Part shown: one piece after another, positions 24,253 to 37,120 of the stretch | How the letters are laid out: each line of letters begins with the position of its first letter | Position numbering within the stretch: position 1 is the stretch's first letter | Origin: Octopus bimaculoides | Lineage: Eukaryota | Reading direction: 5' to 3' | Length of the DNA: 64,000 nt | NCBI RefSeq assembly: GCF_001194135.2 | Contig: NC_068986.1 | Coordinates: 1,420,294 to 1,484,293 of the forward strand | Notes under the pieces: model-generated | Seen by the model: the letters and a program-made list of their open reading frames with translations, nothing else | What the model was told of the DNA's origin: nothing | The model's database searches: none | Program-made: the position numbers and the translations under genes

Positions 24253-26769
24253 GTAAGTAACTATTTATGTGTACTATAGCTAACAAAAAGGCTTATGTTG
24301 TTTATCTTTGCATAAAATTTTTTGTCTGTTACTGATGTTTTATATCGGAGTGAACTTTGTACAGTAGGTGAAGTGAATTTGTTATCTGTCAACGAGCTTC
24401 CCAAATCATGTCTACTTATTTTACAATAATTATCTAAAACCAGTTTTAGTAGCTAAGTAAAAAAACTGATATAGACAATAATTGTGAAAAGTATATCTCA
24501 AATGATTAGCACAGTCAATACTAATGTTTAATGAGGCAAGCTTGATAATTATAATTACACTAGTCTGCTCTTGTATCAAGTTGAGGTAAACATATAATTG
24601 AGTAAAACTGATATTATTGAGTAAAATACTTGTTGGTGCTCTAGCATAACTGTGATCTGGTGACTGAAACAAGAAATATTCTGAAGTTTCAGATGATTGC
24701 TTGCAATTTAACAGCTGCTGCTTTAACAATCTGTTGCTCTTTCTAACGAATACCTATTCTGCAACAAACCAGAATCCCTTTTTTAAGTTCAAAATTATGT
24801 TAGAGTTATTAACACTGCCCTTTCATTTAATATGCATTAAATATTCTATTATGTTTGGAAGACATGTGAAAATTCATTAATGTCCAGTCCACTTTAACAT
24901 TATGTTAGAATTGGTTTAGTCTGTCTATGGTCTTTGATGTGATTGCTACTTCAGGTCTTTGATGTGATTGTCACAGTTTAAGCCCCATGATGAGAATTTC
25001 CTCTCTAGTTCTTATATCAAGATCAAGCTGACTTGTGTTCAAATGCATTCCAGCTATGACTATCTCATCTTTTTTCCATATGCAAGGAACTTAGGACCAA
25101 CCAGAACTTAGGACCACACCCACATTATCCAAGATAGAAAGGTAGCATGTCATTTGAGGAAAATTTGGCTACTGTTTCTTGTAGATTGACAAAATAGAGG
25201 CTCCCTTGCTGGCTCCATCATGTTCCAGACCCATAGGGAGAATTGCATCTAAGTGGTGACTGCTTTTGTCATGGTCCATGCTTATCATGAGAATTCCTTC
25301 ATTACTATCCAAGCCTATGGTGTGAATGCTTTTATTGCAGGACTTGATCAAGTAGATCAGTGATTATATAGTGAACTACGTTTATTCATAGTATCTTGGT
25401 GGACTAAGCAAACAAATTTAGTGTCTTAGTTTAGACAGTGAATTTCATTAGTTTGGTTAAGTTTGTCTTGAAGAGAAGAGGAATTTGATGTTTCAGGACT
25501 GTGTCTTTGAGAGAAAAAGAAAACTTTTTTCAGCGAAGACAGAATAAATAGCAAATATTTCTACTTATACTGAATTGTCAAATTAAATCTGTTCTAAATC
25601 ATAGTTTATTGATGGCAAAACAAGTATCTAAATAGTATATTTGTTGCGAAACAGCTGGTCTTACATATGATTTTTTTTTTTGGTCTGTTACAAATGTTTT
25701 CTGACAATAAACTGATTTCAACCTTCAGTTTCTATTGATTTGGGCTCAGTAATTCTCTTTTCAATTGTTTATTCAGTATCAGAAGATTGTTGCAGTTGAG
25801 TAGCTCGATTTAGTTTGCTTGAGCAGATGTATGACATAAATAAATGGATCTCCTATCACTTTTGAGAATTAATATTGCCTTCTCATTAAATTACCAGTGA
25901 TTGAGTATTCTGGACATTTGTATCCTTAATTATTCCTCAGGCATAACCACAGTTTCTGTGTCTGACAAACCTGACCATTTTGATTGCTGGTACTGTCTGT
26001 CCAATAGGTTTCCATTCCATCCACATGATGCCTGTCTACTTAATATCACTCATAAGCCTTCAAGTAACTCGAGGCTTGAGCAAAAGACACTTGATCAAGA
26101 TGCCAGACAGTGACCTGAAACCCAACACTTTGTGATTGCAAAACAAACTTCTCAGTCACCTAGCCATACTTGCTCTCAATCTATGGTATAAACGTAGCCA
26201 ATTGAATGCTCCAAAGCACATGCCATCATCCAGATACTCCTTACATGAACATTCTATTTTGAAAGCAGTTATTACTAGAGTAATATGAGGTTTTATGAGG
26301 ATTAACATTGCTTTGTTGTCTATTTTCTAATTAAGAGATAAGTTACATATAGTTAGGATTGAACTCAGAACAATAATTTCAAATGTAAAATTTTGGTATG
26401 TTTATATCCATTATGCTGCATGCAATCCTATGTTAACTACATGGAAATGATCATATGTTTAGATCTGAAGGTGATCAGAAAATAGTCTCAAATAGGCTCA
26501 CTCATGAAGTAGTAGTAAAGGTAGAAACATAAAGATAAGGTTAATATAAAAACACCAGAAAAGCTTTGCATATATACAAACAATAAACTTTAATTACAGA
26601 ACCTAATTGAAGTTGCCAACATCTGGATTTCGTTAAAATTATTAATAAAGTCCATTTGTTTTAGAATACTATTTCTAAAGGAAAATTTGAAATAGTGTAA
26701 GACTTGGTTGATTATATATTTATTTCTATTAAATGCTTTAAACTGCTCATATTCTATCGTCATCATCAT

Positions 26770-27075
26770 CACTACCACCATCACCATCATTATCAACACC
26801 TTAATGATGATTATCATTATCATATTTGTGTGTTCCTTATTCCATGTTTACATAGTTTGGACAGGATCTTCTCAAACATAGCACCCTGCAACTTTATCAT
26901 CTCCTCTTTGAGGTTCTGCTTCCTGAGGTCAGCCTTCACCATTTCTAACCTATGTCTTAGCTGGTGTCTCTCTTCCACTGGTTCCTTCCACATCTGGTAC
27001 TTCCTCACCCACATGTCATCATTCATATATATCTCCATACTAGTGTAGCCGTCTCTCATATACACCACGACTGAT
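26770..27075 (-). mobile_element. RTE LINE 3' end
   Basis: DDMWVRK...EMVKADLRKQNLKEEM...AMFEK resembles RTE C-termini, followed by a degenerate gtccaa...catggaa...(gat)n tail. Confidence 0.7.
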
Positions 27076-27223
27076 TCCTCTTATAATCCAATTTATCTTT
27101 CTGCTTTTTCTTCATGTACACTAACATAACACATTGATAAATATGTGTATACACTCACTCGATACTTTTGATATATTTAAAAAAATCATGTGGTAAAACT
27201 GATTTTTGTTGGTATTCTTTTAG

Positions 27224-27309
27224 GTTTGGTGCTTTTGAAGAATTCAAGAAACGTTCTGTGGATGAGAAGGGAAACTTGCCAATGAATAAGCGATTGCTGT
27301 GTGGTTTAG
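27224..27309 (+). CDS. SLC25A1: SLC25A1 exon 3 (FGAFEEFKKRSVDEKGNLPMNKRLLCGL-G)
   Basis: tttag| acceptor, G|gtaag donor, 86 nt, in phase. Matches FGMFEFL...D..G.L...RGLLCGLG. Confidence 0.95.
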
Positions 27310-30300
27310 GTAAGATTCTTTTATAACGTTCTAATTCTTTTTAAGAAAAACTTTTATAAGTATAGAATGTAAACAAACCAACACTGGCTGTCAAGCAGTG
27401 GTAGGAGACACACACACACACACACACACATGCACGCATGTACACACAGTCCAACAGCTTTCTGGTTTTCCATCAAACTGTTCATCCATGGAAAGCGGAC
27501 ATCAAATGGTGATGATGACAGTAGGCTTCTTTCAGTTTCTGTCTACCAAATCCATTCATAAGGTTTTGGTAAATCCAGTGCTATAGTAGAAGACACTTGT
27601 CCCAGATGCCATACTGTGGGACTGAACCTGGAACCATGTGGTTGGGAAGTAAACTTCTTACCACACAGCCATGTATTTGTTTTTCTGTGTGTATGAATGT
27701 GTTTGTGAGGCACAGACATAACTGTGTAGATATAGTTTGCTTTGTAACTCTACAGTTTCAGGTTCTATCCTACTGTATGGCACACTTGAGCAAGTGTCTT
27801 CTATTAAAGCCTTAGGCTGACCAATACCTTCTGAGTAAAAGTGTAATTGTATTTCAGTTGACAACCTATGGTTAGTCAAAAAATGCTTCCATTTTTATCT
27901 CTGTTGAGTGGGTTAAGAGCTTGACCTGTTAAACTTTCCTTTCCTTACAGATATTGACCTTATAAAACATTCTGTGAACTCCCATTTAGATTAATTTTTG
28001 CGATGCAGACTCTCACCAGATTTGCAACTTTATTATTAAACTTCTTTTTCTTTTTAAGACTGCAAATGAAAAATTATTGTAGTATGTCTGTTTAATTAGC
28101 TAAAGTGTAACGTTATATTTCCATTGAGGAAGATATTACTTTTTCTTCTCTTGAATTATATTTTATACCAATTATGATATGTAATCTTTTAGATATTTCT
28201 TTATAGTACAAAAAAATGAACAAATATGATTCACCCACAAACAGATATTGGTTATAGATTTGTAACTTTCTAACACATGCAAATGGGTCTTNNNNNNNNN
28301 NGCAAAAGATTTCAACTAATTAAAAAAAAAAAAAAAAGAAAGAAGAATGAATTCTCAACCTTCCTGTACATAATTTAACTGAATATATGCATGATAACCT
28401 CTTCACCTCAGTCTACTATGTATGCTGTTGGATAGATATATATATGTTAAAGACTTCAGCTGGTAATTCAACATCATGTCAACTCACCCTATTGTTTATG
28501 TCAGTCTTAGTTTACTTATATGTAAATAATGTACAATGATTAGTTGTTTGCTAATGAAGTTCACATTTGTTTCTTTGTTGCATGCAAAGTTTACTTATAT
28601 GTCATGTGAAGTTACTGGATTTCGTCAAATATATAAACAATCAGGTTTTTCCTCTGCTTGTTGCACACACGTGTATTCGTTTGGCATTCCACCTTTTTGT
28701 TACCTGTCCATATATCATGAATTGTAATTTCCTTTAAAATATCATATTACCTATGAGGAACCCAATTTAAAGCAGAAATAAAAAGAATAGAAACAAAAAA
28801 AAAATGAATCTCTGCTTCCCAAACTCCTAATTTGTAAGCCAACAGGCTTACTTTTTATTTTAATAACCAGTGCAGAGGAAAGAAAAGGAGTTCTAATGAG
28901 ATTGATATGATAAATGTCAAGTTGAACATTTCTAAGTTGACACCAGCAATGAGGACATGGCTGGGGAGGGAATCTCAGATGTTTTTAATTCTGGGAAGGA
29001 AATACAGACGGCTACGATTTTGAGAAAGAATATTTTGATGAACATAGTTTTTAGTGCTAGATCTGGGAAGTGATAAGAAGAAGAACTTCTGGTGTGTTAG
29101 ATAGTCCTGAGTTGAGGAAATATGAAGCTAACTGCTTCAGTGGAGCAGACAAGTCCACTGTAGTTATGATGGGATAGTCAGATAGGAAATGGTCTGTTTC
29201 TGAGCCATTTGAATTATATCAATCTTCAGAAACAATCTGGAAAGTGTGTGCATGTGTGTTGCAGTAGTACGGTCTCAGATATGTTAGCAGTAGGTCATAG
29301 TGGGTTCTACTTGAGTGGTTGAGTCAGCAACCAATAAGAGCTGAAGTATTTTATGGAACTGAAGAGGGCATCAGCTAAGGTATTTTCTTTTCCTGAAAAA
29401 TCTGTGTCTATGATCACTATGAAATTTAAGTTTTGTATGTGAGAGAGAGAGAGATTAATATGAAAACTTATATGAGATTGTTTACTATTTCAGATGATTT
29501 TTAACTTCATTTCTCGAGGGTAATTAAGGTCTTTTAAGCTTCTTGTCGCTGTTTAATTAGGTTATTATAGCTTCATTACACGAAAATTTTTAATTGCTCA
29601 TTATTGTGCTCAATAAAGTTGAACCTTTTTTCTTATTGCATAATTTACTGTATCCTTTTTTCTTTTCTTGAACCCTCAACTCCTCAGGGGTCTTATAGGG
29701 TTGCTGTCATGATAAATAGTATGTTTTGGGTGTTTTAAACTTGGTGAATCCCATCCCTCTGCAGGTTTGAACGCAGCTGATTTCTTGCAAAGAGAGGAAG
29801 AAGAATTGGCTGTGGTACCAAACTTGTATTTTAGTTATCAACATTAAAAGGTCAAAAGACAAAATTGACCTCATCAAAATTTGAACTTGCAATACAGAGA
29901 GCCAGAATGACTACTACAAGGCATTTTATTCAACTCCCTGATAATTCTTTCACTTTGCTACATAACCATATGAAGGCTCATGATACTTACACTGTCCCTG
30001 ACTTGTTATTCTGTTGAGAATAGTTATCAGTACCAGCCAATGGGATGAATACTTTTTGTAATATTTTGGTATTTTATATCTGAAGGACAGATTCTTCTGT
30101 AATACTAATAAATAATCAACTATTTTTATATATCCTTGTTGCTTGTGGTAACAGTTTATTTTTAATTATCTTACATTATGTTTTGATCAGAACTACTCTA
30201 AATTCTTTTCTTGTTCTTCATTTGGTATTTGTGGGAACCATTAATTGTTGATTTGGTTTTGAAGATCATCCAGTCTGATTAATTTCTTAAGGATGCATGA

Positions 30301-31598
30301 AGACAATTCATCTTGATTCAAATTATGAAGCAAAATTAGCTCACTGGTGAAGTGATTATGAATCATACAACTACTGTTAAATTTTTGAGTGGCTTTATTG
30401 AGAATCACAAACTAGAGCTAAAAATAATTGGGAATTAATGCAATGTCTATTGAGTAATAAATAGGAATGTGTAAGAGATCCAGAAAAATATTAGATTCTA
30501 GTATAAAATTATCAACTAAAAATAAAATTGTAATTTCTTTTTTACACTAATTTAATTTGTAATGTTCATCCTAATATAGTTAAAATATATTCTAAACCTT
30601 GCCAGTTTTAAGACACACCATGAAATTGAGGTAATAATTACTTTCTGGCTTTGCTGATTAAGGCAAAGTTGCATTATACTTTCTTATCAAATTACTTGTA
30701 AAGACTGAATTCAGTGGAATCTATTCATTAAACAATAAGTGAAAATAGCTTGTAATGTTTTCTAATTATTATTAATAGTCTTGTAGAGTAAAAGATAAAT
30801 GTTCCTGGTGAATTAGGTACAAGCAACTCTTGTTGAAAGCAATTCGTTAATTATTTCGAATGTTGTACAGTGTTGTCACCTCTCTTGTAACTTTAAAACT
30901 ATATTCTAAAGTAAGAAATGAATTTTAATGGCCCTCTAAAGTACAGAACTCAAACTTTGGTCGTACAATTTTGAAGGAAAGAACCCCAATATTCCAAATG
31001 GTTTTATAAACTCGTTAACACAATCTGGAAACGATGAAAATCTAACACATTTCTTGAATTTTTTTTCTACCACTTTAGGAATAACATTAAAGGTAATTCA
31101 TTTTGTTGGTTTTTATTTACAGTATTTTATTCGACTTATTTTTACTTGGATTTTGAATTTTTAACACTAAATGTTTTGGATTTATCTGCTGTTGAGTGGA
31201 GACCCCCCCTTTTTATATCTAAACTCCTGTTCTATTTACTTTGGTTCAGTTTAATCTTTATTAAATCAAATTTGCATTAAACCTTATATACTCTGTTTCA
31301 GTGACTCTGTAGTAACCACACATATTAAAATGCCTAATGCAGTTATGTATAATTAACAAATTCTTTTCTTTTCAAACTGTTTCAGTCTGTTATTTGATTT
31401 GTAGCTTGGTTAAGTTCCTAACATGTATTTTTCTGGAATCCATAGAGTGATACCAGTTGTATCTTTGTTTGAGACAAATGGTAAAAATAAAAGAAAAACA
31501 TATATTGAACAAATATATGGCACCATAATCTAGCTAGTTTTATAACCCCAGCAACAGTAGCAGTTTAATTTTTGGAGGAATTGTATATAACATAAGTA

Positions 31599-32161
31599 TA
31601 GTAATGCCTTGACATATGAGTTAATCTGTTCCTGGTGACCGCTCGTAAAGCAAAAGCTCGTAAAGCAAAAACTCGTAAAGCAGGGCAGTAATTTCCCAAA
31701 GTAGCAATGTTATAAATCATAATTCATTCCCAGAAAAATATTTACCTGTAACATTTATAATATTCGTAATGGCAATGAATCAACAGTAGAATGTAAAGAA
31801 TATTTTATGTAATGTAAAAAGAATGTCAAGATTATTTATAATAAAAAATATTATTATTATGACCATTTTCTGTATCGCTTTCACTTGCACTAGACTCATA
31901 CACACCATCACTTGTAGACGCAATCACTGATTCACAAGCACTCACAGACGGACATGTAGATTTCTTTTTATAAAACAAGTCTAGAGTTGTTTGTTAGAAG
32001 CTTTTTTCACTCTCTAAATTTCTCAGTGACATGCAGAAGCATTTGTTATGGTAGCAGAAACTTTTGCACTTCAATCGATCTTTGAATCTCTGTGCTTGAA
32101 AAATAAAACTCTTAAACCTGGTGTCTCGTAAAGCAGGTCCTCCTAAAGTGAGGCATTACTG
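31599..32161. mobile_element. Tigger/pogo-like MITE
   Basis: TA-flanked TIRs tagtaatgcct / aggcattactg. CTCGTAAAGCA occurs three times near the left end and once near the right end. Confidence 0.7.
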
Positions 32162-34072
32162 TAATGTATTTCAGTAGTTGTCTATGTGGAGAAATTTGTG
32201 ATGCAGTCTTTGTTACGGTGTGAATGTGAGACGTTAGAAATAGCAACAAATGCCTCTCTAAACTTCAAAATATGGAAAAAGAAGAAAACTACTGTTACTC
32301 ATCTATCTCTAGTCTCTTCATCCTTTACTCTTCACTTTCTCTTGCCTACTCAGTTCCCTGCTCTCCAACTTTATTTTTTTCCTCTTCCCTAGTGTGATTA
32401 ATTCTTCATTCACAGTAGCACAGTTGGTTCCACTTCCTTTCACATGAAAACTGCCAAATATTCTACAAAGATTATCTAGTTATCTCTTCACCTTGTTGAA
32501 TATTGTTGCTATCTTATTTAGCCCAGGCTAGTAATGATCAAGCAAACCTATGACCAGATACGCTCCAGCCATGACCATCATTTTTATTCTTTATATTTAA
32601 AACTATATCATCCAAAATCTGCATTTTTTAAAAGAAGGGTTTGACTGCTATTTCTAGCAGGTGTAACACCTATTGAGAAGCTTCCTTCTTGGCTCATGTT
32701 AATTATGGGTGTTGTTATTTTTTAGCCCCAGGTGGGCTCTGAATGAACAGACACTTGATCAAAAGCTTTCCAACTGACCATTCTGTCTTTATTTTGGGCA
32801 ATGTATCTAGGATTATGCAGTTTGTCTCCATACTCCCAACACTTTTTTAAGATGATAGGGTGTGATTTAAAGGATGTTTGGTTGCTATTTCTAGCAGATT
32901 GAGTATCCACAGAGAAGCTTCTTGATTTTTCGTGGTGAATTATGTCAGCCGCAAAGTACACATAGCATGATAGAAGGAGCAGTTTTTTTTTTTTATTTCA
33001 ACCACCACTACTATAATCCATTATCCTGGACAGCTGTTCTTTTATAATCCTTTTCACGTTTTTTTGGCAAATAACAGGAGAAATAAGAAAGAAAATTCAA
33101 ACAAAATGGAAGAATAGAATATGGAATGGTAGATTATGCATTTCATAATAGGAAGGCATAACTAAGCAGACAATAAAATGAAATAACTAAAGGTTTGTGG
33201 CCCTGTGCCAAACCAGGAAATGATTATTTTATTTAGAATTTTTTTCTGTCAAAAGTTTGTACAGTGTTTTTAGTATCTTTTACTTCTACTTTGCTTGCCT
33301 ACACATGGTTTTTATTCTTCTATCGTTTTATTGGCTTCACTTGTTTGACAAGGGCACAGCTCACCAAGGGCTTTGTGTAGAGTTTATTGGACCCTCTATC
33401 TTGTCTGATAATCTGATACACACTTTATCAACCTTTGTAAGGACGAATGCTAAATTGACCTTAGAATAAATGGACGTAACTAACCTCGAGGTATTTTGTT
33501 TTCAAATTGTATTAATTCTGCAATCTCTACTATAAATATATGCACACACACACACACACACACTATTATTATTATTGTTATTATTATTGAGCGAGAGAGC
33601 AGTGCATGCCATCAAAGTGACACTGGGGTAAAATATACGAAGCCCATTATACCCATCATGACTACTCGTCTGGTAAGGGTACACCAGGCACATGCATCAC
33701 AACCATATGGGCGCGACATAGTGATCTCATATCAAGATAAACAGTGCATGACCTTGCAAGTGGGGGCCTAGTTAGAATTTTCTGCAGGTCGGGTAGCCCA
33801 TCTCACTCAAAAGGTCCCTGAATGAGGTTTGTTTGGGGATGTTGAATGACACAGCCATGTTTCCAAAGGTGAATTATCCAAACCCCAAAGAATTCCTCTC
33901 ACCACATGGCTATGATGCTCCCCCACTACTTCTGCTCATGATCACAGATGCACATATCGTCACCCACCAAGGGACATGCTCAACTGGTTAAGGTCAAACA
34001 ACTGACAAGCAAATCTGTGGTATTGAGCAGAGTATTTGCTGTAGCCCATCTCTTATATCATTTTGTTATTAG

Positions 34073-34103
<31 letters not shown>

Positions 34104-35552
34104 TTATTATGTTTTGTGTTCAAATCCTGCTAAGGCAATCTTTTTCATCCATTCTTTTGGGGTTGATAGTATTGATTAATCTCCTCCCTTTCAAATTGCT
34201 AACCTTGTGCCTAAGTCAGAAAGCATTATTATTATATTTAGGATGGCAAATTGGCAGAGCTGTTAGTGTTGGACAAAATGCTTTACTGTATTTGTCCTGG
34301 CTCTTTACATTTCTGAGTTATCTCCAGTCAGAGGTCACTTTGCCTTTCATCCCTCCAAGAGGTCGATAAGATAAAGTACCAGTCAAGTGCAGGGGTTAGT
34401 GGTATCATCTATTCCTCTCCTCTTAAAATTTCTGGCCTTCTGCTTAAATCAGAGACTCTTATATTTGAATAAATTATATATTATTATCTGCATTCTGTTG
34501 TTCCCTTTCACATGTCAGCAGCTTATCTATGATAGAATTTAACTTCTGTTAATTACACATTATGGCTTTCTTTTCTGTAAGAATTACATTTAGCATCTAA
34601 TTTGCTAATGTGGTTCACAATCTTTGCATTAGAATTAAAGTCAAATGACAGGAATCTTACCGAACTTCTTGTGCAACCAATGTTTACTTCTCAACACTGA
34701 AATCCTAACTGTTCTAGGTTTATTTAAGATATCTCAAAGGTTTTTTTTTCTGTGACTATATTTGTTGTGTAAGCATGTGTGTCATTTGTTCTTGTGCATG
34801 TATTATCAAGTATTTTGACTAATAAGTAATAATTTATTCTGATTTTTGTTCTTGTTTTCAATTTTACTTCTGGAACCCAGCTAAATAATTTGAACTTCAA
34901 ATACTGCCTATCTCTTTTGTAAATAAACACACAATTGGTATTCTATCCATTTAATAGTTGTTTTCTCATCTACAGCAGAAAACTAGAAGTTATTACTGGA
35001 TCTGTGGATCTTTAGGACTAAAAATGATTTTTAAAAAAATTATTATTGATTACATGGATCAGGTTTGTACAAACTGTACAGTATCTGTGCAAGTGTTTTT
35101 ATGCCATAGACTTGGATTAACTAAAGCCTTGTTAGTGAAATTTGGTGGACAAAAATTTGGTGGTAAACTTAACTTGTTATCTGCTTAATCCTCATCAACA
35201 GACCCTTAGATATCTTTAGTGGAGTTGACTCTTGCAAGTACTTAGACCAGATTTCTGGTCTGAAGATAACACCATCTTTTCTTCCTACTGGTTCAGAATA
35301 GATGAAGAAAATTTAACTAAACATAAAGAAAATAATTTAAAAGTATTTAGACTGACCAAAACACTAATCATGGTTACTGATCCATATTTTACTGTTACAG
35401 CATCAGATTTGTCTTTATTATTTTTTAAAGTTTCATATTGCCTCATGGCTTAATCTATGTGGTGGAACCCAATTTTGTAACTTTTAATACATTACAACTT
35501 GAATGGTTACTGTATCAAATATATAATTCCTTTATTGAATATATATTCTTAG

Positions 35553-35690
35553 GTGCTGGTGTGTCTGAAGCAATATTAGCAGTTACTCCAATGGAAACTA
35601 TTAAAGTAAAATTCATCAATGATCAGACCTCAGCCAATCCAAAGTTTAAAGGTTTCTTCCATGGAGTAAATCAAATTATCAAAGAGAAAG
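35553..35690 (+). CDS. SLC25A1: SLC25A1 exon 4 ([25 protein letters not shown]...QIIKEK-G)
   Basis: Second carrier signature PMETIK; ttag| acceptor and G|gtatg donor; 138 nt. Confidence 0.97.
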
Positions 35691-35901
35691 GTATGTTTAA
35701 CACTTTGTCTTTGCTGATATAAATACCATGAAAACTGATAATATGATATTTACTTTGCTATTTACTTTAAGTAATTCAATTTAAGTTTGTCTCTTATGTT
35801 TATCTTATGAAACCAGTATTTTTGTCATTACTCCATTGTGAAAAATGTCTGAAATATCATGCTGTACAACTATAATTCTCCAACTAATATTTTGCTTCTA
35901 G

Positions 35902-36122
35902 GAATCCGTGGCGTATATCAAGGGTTGACACCAACTATCCTGAAGCAGGGTTCTAACCAAGCAATGCGATTTTTTGTTATGGAAACACTCAAAGATAAAT
36001 ACAGAGGTGGGGACCCAAATGTCAAAGTTCCTATGCTTCTAACTGGGCTTTTTGGAGCAATTGCTGGTGCTGTATCTGTATTTGGTAATACTCCTATTGA
36101 TGTCATAAAGACACGAATGCAG
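35902..36122 (+). CDS. SLC25A1: SLC25A1 exon 5 (GIRGVYQGLTPTILKQGSNQAMRFFVM...GNTPIDVIKTRMQ)
   Basis: Third signature PIDVIK; ctag| acceptor and CAG|gttag donor; 221 nt. Confidence 0.97.
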
Positions 36123-36413
36123 GTTAGTTTTGGCATTATTCCTTTTAATCCTTCCCATTTTTATGATTATTTAGATATCCGCTATGTCTCAGTATTATAG
36201 CATCACATTTCTAATTCATGCTTTGTTCGCTCTGAATTTTGAACAGCAATTACTTATTGACAACAACGGTAACATCCGAGAATTCCTTTTTTTTTTTAAT
36301 CCAGCTATTATGATTTCACTGCAACCACTTCCAGCACTAATTACGTTGCATAGTCACCAAAAAATATCAACTGTATTTTGTAAAGCAGCTGAATAGTTCA
36401 CGGAATAATTTTA

Positions 36414-37120
36414 CAAGTGTGGAAGCTAGGATTAGAATCGAAGGGCCTTAGAGTCAATGCTGCAAAGACCAAAGTTCTCGTAAGTAGGAAGGCGAACACA
36501 TCACACATCCCTTCAGGTAGGTGGCCCTGCTCGATCTGTAGAAAAGGTGTAGGTAGAAACTCCATAAGATGTACCCAGTGTTGGCTATGGACACATAAGA
36601 GGTGCAGCAACATCAAAGGAAGATTAACCGGGAAGATAGCTTTGCAGATGCAAAGGGGCAATAAAAACCACAGATGCTCAGAAAACAGACTCCATCACAT
36701 GCCAGGGGAAGAGACTAGAAGTAGTTGATAGCTTCCGCTACCTAGGTGACCAAGTCTGTAGTGGGGGTGGATGATCAGAGAGTGTTACCACTAGAATAAG
36801 AATAGCCTGGGTAAAGTTTAGAAAGCTTCTACCCCTACAAAGGGCCTCTCGCTCAGGGTGAAAGGTAGATTGTATGATGCATGTGTGCAAACTGCCATGC
36901 TTCACGACAGCGAAACATGGGCCGTGACTGCTGAAGACATGCGTAGGCTTGAAAAAAATGAAGCTAGCATGATCCGCTGGATGTGTAATGTCAGTGTGCA
37001 CATGGCAGTGTAAGTGCCCTGAGAAAAATGTTGGACATAAGAAGCATCGGATGTGGTCTGCAAGAGAGACGTTTGTGCTGGTATGGTCATGTGCTGCAGA
37101 TGGATGAGGAGAGCTGGACA
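36414..37120 (+). mobile_element. RTE-clade LINE ORF2 fragment (RT C-terminal part with Cys/His finger)
   Basis: GLRVNAAKTKV, WPCSICRKGVGRNSIRCTQC..WTHKRC, SFRYLGD, RIRIAWVKFRKLLP, LYDACV, SETWAVT and RRL.WYGHV motifs, with frameshifts and a stop. Confidence 0.92.
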
